Source: Cycas panzhihuaensis (lineage: Eukaryota; Plantae; Cycadophyta). From it: a stretch of DNA of 64,000 bases. Under the pieces are notes generated by a model. That model saw nothing but the letters and a program-made list of their open reading frames with translations. It did not search any database and was not told the origin of the DNA. The stretch covers positions 174,599,741 to 174,663,740 of the forward strand of contig CM041465.1 in assembly GCA_023213395.1 (NCBI GenBank). Direction: 5' to 3'. Every line of letters starts with the position of its first letter. Within the stretch, counting starts at the first letter, position 1. The translations under genes and the position numbers were made by a program. Positions 49,509-61,600 of the stretch are shown piece by piece.

Positions 49509-52500
49509 TCGCAAATATATTACAAAGATTCGATGAGATGACAGCAAAAAGATCCAATGATCACACTCATCAACTAAAAGACCAAGGAGCCGACTTGTGA
49601 TTTTATAACAACAATGGAAATCACTATCATGACAGAATACAAATTCCAACATTCTAAGAAGGAAGAGATGTATTACCGCATGCCTCGATTCGTAAACTAA
49701 ATGATCTCTTTAGCATTCAACTGGGGTGAACTACTACAGAAAATGTCCAATTTGCAAGCTTGCATATAGATGGAACAACCTATGATTGGTACCGATATTG
49801 GAAGGATAATCAAGAGAGGAAGGGAAATATTGTTTGTTGGGATGAGTTCTGTGAAGCCTTCTACCTGAGATTTGATAACATGTGGGATCGAGATTATTTT
49901 CTCAACTAACATCTCTCCAACAATCAAAATAGATATTAGAATACAACACCAAATTCCAAGCATGGGCACCATTAGTCCCAGCGATTCCTAATGACAGAAA
50001 GTTCGAGTTAAATATCGGCAAGCTACAACCAACAATACAAATGGAACTCAAGATGTCCTCACATTCAAGTTTGGATCATGCCATTTAGAAAGCTCGACTT
50101 ATAGAAGCCCAAAATGAGCCCCTCACTCGGTCAAATCGATATGTACCTCCTCCAATGTGGGCCCAGACTAATCCTTTTGTAGTTAAGCAACTTGAAGCTA
50201 ATCAAAGGTATAATTTGAGACCTAATCTCCCCTTTGACAACATTGCATCTGATCGAAAAGGAATTAAGAAGCTATCCAACGAGAAAATGGAGGAATGTCA
50301 GAAAAAGAATATTTGCCTTTGGTCTAAAAACCTTTTTCAAAGAGGACATAGATGTCCTGAAAGGCGATTATACTCCATTATTTTAAAGGGAGAAAAGGAA
50401 GAGGGTTAGAACGAAGAAGAGGATTATTTTACAATTGACTCAGTAAGAGAGGAACTGCCCTTGGAAGAACAACCGAAGATCTCTTTATAGGTAATTTCAA
50501 GAATTCAAGAACCATGTACGTTACGAGTTGCAACACACAATATTTATATTTATATCTTGATTGACAGTGGTAGCACACACAACTTTGTGGATACTGGTTC
50601 CACCAAGAAGTTTAATTTATTCCTACGGCCTATAAATAATTTTACAGTTGTCATAGCTAATGGTGATAAACTAAGTTGCACCAGGATTTATAGACAGGCT
50701 AAATTTATTATTGAGTCATAGGAATTAATATTAGATCTCTATGGTGTAAAGCTGGGAGGAGCACGTGGTCCTAGGAGTTCAACGGTTGAGGACATTGGGT
50801 ACTTTCCAAATGAATTTGGAGGAATTATTCATGGAATTTTCACATGAAGGGAAAACACATCACTTGAATGGGATACAATCCCCATCGACCCTTGTGATTT
50901 TGGCTCACCGGAGGGAAAGTGTGTTATGCCAAGAGGGCGGAGGATTTATACTGCAACTAAATAATATTGAAGGGAACATTGGTAACCCTACCTTGGTTGC
51001 AATTCAACTAGGACTGCAACATATTCTAGATCAACACCCAGTGATTGTTGGAGATGTAAAATTAGGGTTGCCATCACGAAGGTCATTTGATCATGCAATT
51101 GAGTTATTACTAGGAACTGCTCCAATCAATGTAAGAGCTCGTCATCATCCATTTATGCACAAAGCCATTACTGAGCAACAGGTTCAGGAGTTACTCAAAA
51201 CTGGAGTCATCTAGCCAAGCAAAAGTCCCTTTGCATCTCTAGTTGTATTAGCTAAGAAGAAGGGTGGATCACATCGAATGTGCATAAACTATAAAGAATT
51301 GAATAAGAAGATAGTCAAGAATTGGTTTCCAATACCAATTATTGATGATTTGTTAGGCGAATTACATGGAGCCAAATTCTTCTCCAAGATCGATCTTAAA
51401 TCGAGTTATTATTAAATAAGAATCAAAGAGGCAAACATTGAAAAAACTGCATTCTGTATGCATCAGGGATTATATGAGTTCAAGGTGATGCCCTTCGGTC
51501 TATGCAATGCACCAGCCACTTTTTAGGCCCTTATGAACGGCGTGTTCAAAGAATGGTTGCGAAAAGGGGTATTAGTCTTTTTCGATGACATACTTATTTA
51601 TAGTGCATGCTAGACTACTCATCTACAACTATTGGACAAAGTATTAACTAGATTAGATCAGAATCAATTATATGTCAATAGGAAGAAGTGTTTCTTTGGC
51701 CAAAAAGAAATCAAGTATTTAGGGCACATAATCTCAGAGAAAGGAGTTAGCATGTATCCTAACAAAGTTCACACAATTCTGGAGTGGCCAAACCTGGATA
51801 CTATCACCAAGCTTTGAGCCTTCCTAGGGCTTTGCAAGTATTACAAAAGATTTATTAAGAATTATACTTAGATTTCTGCCCCCTTAACAGGCTTACTCAA
51901 GAGTAGTTCATTCCGATCGTCAATGAATGCACAACAAAGCTTCAATTGTTTAAAAGAGAAGATAACATCAACACCTGTGCTATAGGCACAGATTTTTCCA
52001 AATCATTTATATTAGAATGTGATGCTCCAGGAAGGGGGCTGGGAGTTGTACTCATGCAAGATGGTCATCCAATCACATTTGAGAGTAGGAAGTTCAAAGA
52101 TGTTGAATTATTAAAATCAACTTATGATAGGGAAATGCTAGCAATTGTCCATGCACTGGTAAAATGGAGGCATTACTTAATTGGGAGTCGTTTTGTAGTA
52201 CAGACAGACTTTAACAACCTCAAATACATGCTGGACCAACCAAATTTATCAACACAGCAACAAAGATGGATCGCAAAGATTCAAGCCTTTGATTTCCAAA
52301 TTGTCTATAAAAAGGGCAAGGAGAATGTGGTAGTTTATGCCTTGTCATGAAAAGAGGAGTTAAATACCATATCCATGGTTACATCTCCATGGATAACTCA
52401 ATTGCAAGATGAATATGAGCTATTTCTAGCAACTAAAGGACACCTACAAGGAACAAGTAACCCAGAATCTGACCCTAAATTGACTGTCTGCAAAGGCCTC

Positions 52501-53810
52501 CTCTGGTATAAGGGTCGGATATTTGTGAACCCATGTTCACCAATTCGCTCACAATTACTACAAGAAGCACATGACTCGGCCGAAGGTGGGCATGTGGGGA
52601 ACACACAGACATATAACAATTTAAAGGAATCATTTTATTGGAAAGGAATAAAAAGGGACATTCAAGAATATGTTGCAGCCTGTGACACCTTCTAGCGAAT
52701 CAAAAGTGAAAATGTAGCCTTACCAGGACTTCTTCAACCCCTCCCAGTATCGGAAAGAAAATGGGAAAGTATTTCCATGGATTTTATTACAGGACTACCG
52801 AAGGTTGAAGGAAAAGACTCATTATTTGTAGTGGTCGATCGTCTGACAAAATATGCACATTTTATAGCAATCCCAAATAAATTCACGACAAGTCAAATCG
52901 CAACGATCTTTTTACAAGAGATTTACAAGCTTCATGGGTTACCTCTGGTCATCATCAGCGATAGAGATCCTCAATTCACGAGCACATTTTGGAAAGAACT
53001 TTTTCAGTGGGTTGGGACCACCCTGGCAATGAGCACTGCTTATCACCCCCAGACTGATGGGCAAACAAAGATCGTAAAAAAAACTCTCAAAGGATACTTG
53101 CGGAGCTTTGTTATGGATCAACAACGCCAATGGCTTTGATGGCTCCATCTTGTAGAATGGTGGTATAATTCCACTTATCACGCAGTCATCAAGATGTCCC
53201 CCTTCAAAGCCCTATATGGGTACAAACCTCCAAGACTAATTGATTGGTACATAAAAGAAGGGATAGTCCACTGTTTTAATGAATCTCTACAAAAATCTAA
53301 AGAAATATTATAGATTCTAAAAAATAGATTGGACGAAGCTCGAAATCGAATGAAACAACAAGAAGATAGACACCACACAGAAAGGGTGTTCCAACGTGGG
53401 GATTGGGTTTATTTGCATCTCCAGCCATATTGATAATCGTCCTTAAAGAAATGCTCAAGTCAGAAACTAGGTCCATGATATTATGGACCATTTCAAATAC
53501 TTCAGCGAATTGGAGAGGTCATTTATGCTTTGGACCTACCTCCCGAGACCAAAATTCATAATGTCTTCCACGTATCTAGACTAAAACAACGACTTGGAGA
53601 CGTGATTCAACAAGTATCAAGCCTACCCCATATCGATGATAATGGCTAGATTCATCTCACTCCAGAAGCTATCCTCCAGATTCAGACTATCACCATCGCA
53701 CCATCACATAATATCTCATCAAATGGAATGGACTACTAGCAGAAGAAGCCACACGGGAGACATCCTCTTCTCTTCAAACATGGCCTAACTTTCGCTACGA
53801 GGATGCAACA
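49509..53810 (+). pseudogene. gag-pol of N (ATG at 45415, split by P)
   Basis: MDEKIVKLTSD|VANILQRF reads across P. ORF fragments at 50765-51214, 51632-51817, 51946-52350, 52375-52695 and 52777-53139. Confidence 0.92.
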
Positions 53811-55603
53811 CATTCTTTAGGAGGGGGAGTAATGTTATGAACCATTTCGTTGGCTTAATATACCGATGAACACGTCAAAAGGGAAAAAGTATAAATAGGA
53901 GGATATCATTGAGAAAGGGACAAAAAGGATAATTGATCTTGTATAATTTTACTTTTTGGTAATTTTCGACGACTCGTGAATTATTTACATTCTGCATGCA
54001 ACATATACACTTTTGACCAGACATACATTCCTCAAATTTAATGGTTCAACATCGATTAGATAACATGATGGTGAAAATATTTCGTAGTCTTCTTGTTGCC
54101 AGTGGAATAATCCATTATCAGAGTCTACTTCATCTTCGAAACATGTATTCAAATACAAAACACCCTCTATGGGATCACATATATTATCATGATAAAAAAG
54201 TACATTCAATGGATGAAGATCATCCTTTATTTTTACATCATCTTCATCATCACTATATCATCCTCCTCATCACCTGAGGAGCTAGAATCCATGAGCTCTT
54301 CACTTATTGTATGATGGTTTAAATCTATTAACAATTTCTTTCCATTCTGTTTGATCACCAGTGTGTTGCGACCCAAATTTTGGACGACTTGTACGCCAAG
54401 CAACCGTGGACATCCTAACAATGCCTTATATACTAGTGGCATCCCATCAATCATTGGAATGACTACAAAATCTATGGAGAATTACATGGCTTCCAATGTG
54501 AATTTTTTACACCATCAACATCCTTAAGGTTGTATGCCATGTTGATCTGCGAGTTTTAGTCAAAATCGAGGTGGCCATAAAGTGGGTTTCCCCATTCTTC
54601 CCCAAGTTGTTATAGGTATAATATTTACTCTTGTGCCTCCATCAACCACTGTGTGTTGCAACACACGCCCTAATAATTACATAGTGACTTCTATGTCCTG
54701 GTCAACTCTTAAGGATCTGACATGTCGTTCTCCTTGGCAGTTGTCCACACTGGGGTCATTTTCTATCATTTTTCCAATGTAAGGGTCTTCTATGATGATC
54801 ATTGATTTGCTTCCTTTCAATAGGCCTGGTTGGCATGTGTCATGCACACTATTTTCACACAATTCTTGAGCATGCACCATCACAATTTGCATGAGGGATG
54901 GATCGCATTGTACGAGTGTTGCGATTTTTACTGAGATCTCTATTAGCAGGGATTGGTCAATTTGTGTATCTGTCCCTTAACTCATTCTCTGCACTGGCAT
55001 CCTCAACATTCGTTGCATTAGCGTCTTGTGTGCTAGCATCTTTCATGTAGGTTGCCCTTGTTGTGTTGTGGATTGCATTGTAGGTGTAACTTTTGTTTGT
55101 TCTTATTCTTGGAAAGTTCAAATTGTGTTTTGTGCTTGTTGTACTTAGGCCTTCTCTTCTCTGGGATCTAGATAATCTTGCTTTTTGCTCCTTCTTGTAT
55201 ATATTGTGTATATTAGCATAGTTGTGCTAGTACCATTTATCGATGGTTCAAATTTGATGAAATTTATTGCTTTATTTTGTTGTTGAGGACAATGGTCATC
55301 GTCATGGTCACCTGGCCCACACCATTGACATAGCATTGTAGCTGTATTGCTTTCTCTATTTGGGTAATCCCTATTAAAATGTCCCCATAACTTACATTCA
55401 AAGCACTTGACCATAGGACGTCCTTGAGGATCCCTTGGTACTGGTCGACCATATCTGCATCCATGTCCAAAGGGTCTGTTAGTTTCTTATCATGCTAAGA
55501 ATACGTCTCGATCTTGTTGCCTTTATGCGTAGATGTTGAACCCACATTCATTTGTATTATGATTGTTCATTTTGCATATGTGGCAATATTTGAGTACTTG
55601 GGT

Positions 55604-58600
55604 TGTTATGGTCAAAATCAACACGTGTGCCCAAAGGTAGGAACGTTTGGTTAATTGTGATTTAATACGACTAATAAATGCAGGAGAATCGTTCAACAAA
55701 CGTTCAGGATGAAGAATGGACGTGAAACTAGTAAATAGAGCAGGTTGAGCACTGTGTGTTCTGTCATAGGAACACACTGCAGAGACAGAACGCATGCAAC
55801 ACAATCAAGGAATGCACAGGGAATGATTGCAGAACAGACAAGGCTGAAAGAAGCCACGTGGATCAAATCGTACAGACACACGCATGGATTAACTAAACAA
55901 CAGAATGATTTAACCCAGGTTTTGTTATGAAGAGATATGCATTAAGAAAAAGGGACGATTGTGACTCCTGGTCACAACCGTTCCTCAACAGAGACACACA
56001 ATCTATTTAAACTTCTCCAATCAACTAGATTGATGTCAGAATCGAGTAAAGTGATCCATTGGGCTTGGTCTGGTATGGATAACCAGCCTAGCATTATACA
56101 AAAAGCATAAAATGATGTAAACATTGATTATTGCTTAATGGAATTACAGAGTTACGTGGAACTTATGTGTGTATGGATTTAATGATGAATCCATGAAATC
56201 CTATTATGTTTTATGATTATATTGTGGACTTATGAGGCATAATATAGTACATCCATGTGTATATTGATCGTGAGCACACCCTAGACTATAGTGGAAACCT
56301 TGACAAGTGAATATCTTAGTAGAACAAATATAAAGTCAACATTAGTTCCGTTGCCTAAGTCCACTAGAGGGGGGAAGAAGAAGTCGTAGTCTTCTATGTA
56401 TACAGATCAAGCCACCTTGGCTGTTGTAGTGATGGAAAGCTCTAGCTAAGCTTCAGCAGCCAAGGGGACCTTCCAATGCCACCTAAACGGCCTTCGAAGG
56501 TGGAGGAGTCACAAACAAAACCTAAGGGGATAGCAAAGTCAAGCACACCAAGAGCTTTAAGATGGCCTAGGAGAAGAAATTAAGGAGAGAAAGGAGATTG
56601 AGTATAGGAAAAAGGGAAGACCAAATAGAATCAGTGGAAGGATCTGAGGCAAGTGGCACCCAGACACCATGGAATACAAAAAATGAAGGCCAAGGGGAGC
56701 CAATGACAATCACACCTGCTCTAGACAAGTGTTACAATCTCAATAGAGAGGAAGATACTGAAGAGAAAAAAGAAAAGGATAAAAGAAAAGATATAAATAC
56801 CCTTGAAAAGGAATTAAGTCTGGACTCTACTTCGAAGGATCTAAGTGACAATGACGAGAAGGCGGAGGAAGGTCCCCAGGCATATTAAGAGAATCATCTC
56901 ATCAGACAATTATTTAAGGATCTACCAGAGGGAAGTGCGGATCAATCATTTCTAATAACAACCCAGTAGCAGTAGACCAAGAGCCATACAATTGAAAAAA
57001 CCTATTCAAACTCCCCTATTCGAGAAAGGGAATAGTGGAAAAGAGACACCACTAAGGGGACCTTACAAAAAGTTTTAAGAAGGAAAAGAAACAACCCCGC
57101 CACAAAAGGGGAAAACAATAAATAATCTCACAATGGCACATCACAAAGAATTTGGGAAAGTAATCTTTGATGATTCTACAGATGCAACGGAGCATATATA
57201 TACTTATTCTAAAGATTGATAAATCTTGAAAAGATTACAGATGAAATAGAAATTAAGGAAAGATTCGCCTATTCACTAAGGGGTGTACCACTAGCTTGGT
57301 ATAAATAGTTGGATCCAGTCAAGTCATGGAATGATATAAAAAAGGAATTTGAGGAAAGATTTTTGAAATATCGTAATAATGACATTATAGAGTTAACTTT
57401 AAGGGAGATCCAACAGAAGCCAGGAAAGTTAATGCTGACGTATATAAGCAGAATTGATATGATAGCATCCACAATGACAAAAGGAGAGAAAATTATGGAT
57501 CTAAGCATGAGAACCTTCTTTGTGAATGGCTTAAACACCAAATTGAGAAATGCAATGGCTTCACATCTATTGAAATCATACCAATATGCTCAAGAGTTAG
57601 CACTAGACTTTGGAAAGGAGATTGATACAAATAGGATAGCATATGGTCCCCTTGTCATGAGGCTCTAGGAGGAAATAAATGAGTTAGAAACCCAAAATCT
57701 GAATAGATCTTTGTTTCAAATGACAAAAACGGGAGAAAACACAGAAATGGAAGCCTTAAGAAAAGAAGTTGAAAGGTTAAAATTGCAAGAGCTCAAATTT
57801 CGGGAAATATAGAGGAAAAATCAAGCAAACATCAGATTAAGGAGGCCCCAATCAAAAAATGGTGCCATATTTGTGAGGAAAGCATGCACACCACTAAAGA
57901 ATGTGAATGTAATGCTAAGGCAAAAAAACAAAATAGTTGGTGCCATATTTGCGATCAGAGCACTCATAACACCCAAGAATGCTATTTTAACACAAGAAGC
58001 ATAAACTTTAGAGGAAGAGGACAGGGAAGAAACAACCCCAATACCAGAACAATCTATACTAGTCGCACACAATTGGAAAATTTGAAAAAGAAACCTCCAT
58101 TGGGAAGATGCATGGTATGTCTTGAGTATGGACATTGAAAATCAGATTGTCTAATAGCAAACATTCAGAAGGAATGCTCATATCTTTATAAAAATTGTGG
58201 GCCAAGTACACATACAATAAATGAATGTAAGGGCAAAGGAAAAGCTCTTAACGGGGTGACAATCATACCTAACTCCTCTAAAAATGTGAATCTACAAAAT
58301 AAAAAGCAAACGATAAAAAATGACCACCCTTATCTAAAAATAGAGATTGATCGTTTTGTTGCAGCCAAAAAAGCTTTAGAGGAAGCTACCAGGGAAGAAG
58401 TAGCCAGAGCTTTACCATTGGGGAACCCGAAATTAAACAAGTGTACTGCAGGAAAAATAAAGCAATAGAAATGAAAACTTTGGAAAATAGCCCATGTGAT
58501 GTAACTCCAAAATCAAAGGAACTTCTACAAAAAATTGTGATGCTGGAAGATTTGGTAAAATAGCTATAATTGACTATTCCATTGGAAAAAATGATAGAAT

Positions 58601-61600
58601 GGATTAAAGGAGAAATAATTTGTCCAATGGAAACCACACAAAACTTGAATGAGGTCAAACCTTCATGTGACCTTGATCCCTCAGTTAACATGAGTATTCT
58701 GGGAGTAACACTATAAAATGTCATTATTGATGGCAGAGCTACAGTGAATGTACTACCAACACAACTTGGGAAAAACTAGGGAGTCCCCCGTTAACACCCA
58801 CAAGTTATTCATTGAAGCTAGTAAATGAGTTGCTAGTAAAACTTGTGGGACGATTAGAGAACATTAAAGTAAATGTGGCAGGAATTGTAGTTCTAATGGA
58901 CTTTACCAGGATATGATAACCTACTCAACCCTACTCAGTAGGCCATGGTTGTATAAGACGGATTGCTTACAGAGTTGGAGAGATGTGACTTTTACATTGA
59001 TAGACATAGGCAATGAAGTTGTTATTCCCATGTTGGCAAAGGGAAAATACATGGTGGAGGTGGTTCTAGATGATGCATCCAACACAATGATAGCCACCAC
59101 AGAGACGTCCTCAACTTTTGATGAAGCCAATCTATATCACACAATGGAGGAAAATGCGAAAATGAACAATCCTCAAGAATTCGATCCAAACTTCTATGAA
59201 AAATTACCATTAGAGACATCATCAGATGAAGGAGGTACAATGAATATGAGCAACTATTGGATGAATAATTCATGCGAGGTGCAACCCCTCTCATATCATT
59301 GTAATTTGTTATCCATATGTTCTCCAATTGACAATAAATCAAACAACAAATTAGATTATATAGGTCCCATTTGTAATGATGAATCTTCAAGTAATGAATG
59401 TTTAGTAAAGGTAGAATTTGAAATAGAAAGAAAAATACATGTAAAATTCCTAACTTCTAATTTCGCCCCCTATGACAACCCTCATCCCTATCCCCTTCCC
59501 AACCCTATATACCCCAAGGGCAATCTGGGAGATCTGGCTAATCTTCCTTCTGACCTTGAGGAAAATCCCACTGCTACCCCTGCCTTGGGTCAAACAACCA
59601 AGGTAGAAATTCCTTCCCTTACCTCAACCCCCTTGAAATCAACTCCTCAAATTCCCTCTCAGTCAACCCACCAAGCGAAAGTGAGATAAAGGGAAATCTC
59701 AAAGAGCTAAATACAATACCACCCCAAATGCACCCAAAAGAATCTCATCCTACAAACTTTATACTAGAAGATAAAATAGACTTGCAAAAGAACATGCCCA
59801 GATTCCTAGGGGATAAGATGAAAGGCACTAACCATTTGATTCATTGCATGGAACATTGGTTGCAATTTAAGGTTTCGAATAAAACTCAGTGGGTTTCTGA
59901 CTTTGTGTTTACCTTACGGGACCAAGCATGGTGGTGATACCTAGCCCACCACCATATCCGTAGAACATGGAGTGAATTACAGTTTGCATTTCGATTGTGA
60001 TTTGACCCACCCCAAGGCATACTCATTTTAGGATTTTTGATAGGAGAGTGTCCCGGCCGACACCTTATTAAATGTAAACACCTATGGAAACATTGGAGTC
60101 ATTTGTTTATTCACACACTAGGCACATTAGCAAAGACCTAAAACAGGAACAAATTAGGGTTTTATCATGGGATTAGTTAGAGCATTCGTTTATGAAAGCA
60201 TTTTCTTACTCTTTAGATAATAAGGTGATACATAAAGTATTAAGAAGCATAAGGGACATTAGTATGGAACTAGAAAAGAGTCTCATGTCAATTGGAAACA
60301 TTATGGATACAAAAAACAATGAGAATGAGGAGGACGAAAAGGAGAAGGAACTTCCTAACTTTCCTCCAGAAAACACTGAGTTGAATTATGAATAACCGGA
60401 TATAGAAGAAACTCCTACCTATGAGCTAAGAGAAAAGAATCATAATCAACAAAAGAAACCTAGAACAACCCAAATTAACCTCAATACTGCAATCGAACTG
60501 AAAAACATCACAATTGGAGATTACTGAGATGAAAAAACTGTGGAAAAACCATAAGCCTTCTTTTAGGAATACAAAGATATGTTTGCATGGTCATATAAAG
60601 ACCTTAAGGGAATTCCACCAGAGATTGGAGTACACCACATTGATCTAATCGAAGTGACAAAACTAGTAAAGCAAAGACCTTACAGAATGAATATTTGTTA
60701 CAAAGAAAAAGTCAAGGCAGAATTGGACAAAATGCTCGAAACAAGCTACATTTATGAGATAGAGTACAATGATTGGGTAAGCCCAATAGTAGTGCTCTCG
60801 AAGAAAATGGAAAAATCAGAGTCTGTGTAGATTATTGGCAACTCAACAAAGTCACTAAAAAGAATCCATTTCCCATCCCTTTCATAGAAGACGTACTAGA
60901 AACAGTGGGTAGAAAAGAAGTTTACTCCTTTACAAATGGATTCAGTAGGTATAACCAAGTGAGTATCACACCAGAAAATCAGTCCAAAACAACTTTTGTA
61001 ACAGAATGGGGTACATATGCTTATCAAGTAATGCCTTTTGGACTAACGAATGCATCATCAACATTTCAGAGAATAGTACTCAATATTTTCAAAAAATTAG
61101 TGGAAGAAATTGTGGTGGTATTCCTTGATCACTAGACATTATATGGAATAATAAAAAACCATATGGAAAATCTTAGAATAATGTTGCAAACATGTCGAGC
61201 AAATAAATTATGTTTAAATCTGAAAAAATGCACTTTCCTAGTACCCTTCGGGAACCTCTTGGGACGTGTGATTAGCAAAGAAGGGTTAATAACAGACCCA
61301 ACAAAAGTAGCCACTATCCTACATTATCCCCAACCCCAAAGCCGGAAGCAAATCAAAGGATTCCTGGGATTAATAGGCTACTATCGCAAGTTCATAAAAG
61401 GATATGCATAGATATCTGGACCCTTGGAGTAGTTATTGAAGAAGGAAGTAGACTGGGAATGGGGACCAAAACAACAAAAAAACATTTGAAACCTTAAAAC
61501 GAGCAATAGCTTCAGTACCTATACTATGATTTCCAGATTGGACCAAAATATTCCATGTGCATGTTGATGCCTCCCAATTTGCCATCGGATGTGTTCTAGC

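Larger units (their letters stand above)
44583..54003 (+). mobile_element. N: degenerate chromovirus with short 171-bp LTRs (~5.4 kb without P)
   Basis: LTRs at 44583-44753 and 53833-54003 with a perfect TSD TATAC. PBS at 44755-44766 and PPT at ~53819-53829. Domains are PR (LIDSGSTHNF), RT (FFDDIL), RH, INT and a chromodomain remnant (YLIKWNG near 53712). Confidence 0.95.
39856..55603 (-). mobile_element. K: fragmented non-chromovirus Ty3/Gypsy element (pieces at 39856-40378, 44334-44582 and 54009-55603)
   Basis: RT (FAWAYKDLQG...FLDGFSGYNQI) at 39928-40378, protease VVDGGTRVNI near 54640, and three CCHC-type knuckles at 55290-55590. Removing J and N rejoins the pieces at their TSDs. No LTRs of K are in the window. 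Confidence 0.85.

Noticed and set aside
58913-60400. Archaeal-type extra RNase H (Tat aRH) in the PR-RT spacer of M
   Set aside because: No aRH motifs (FDG..., NN.AEY, GDS) are visible. The segment matches a capsid pattern instead.
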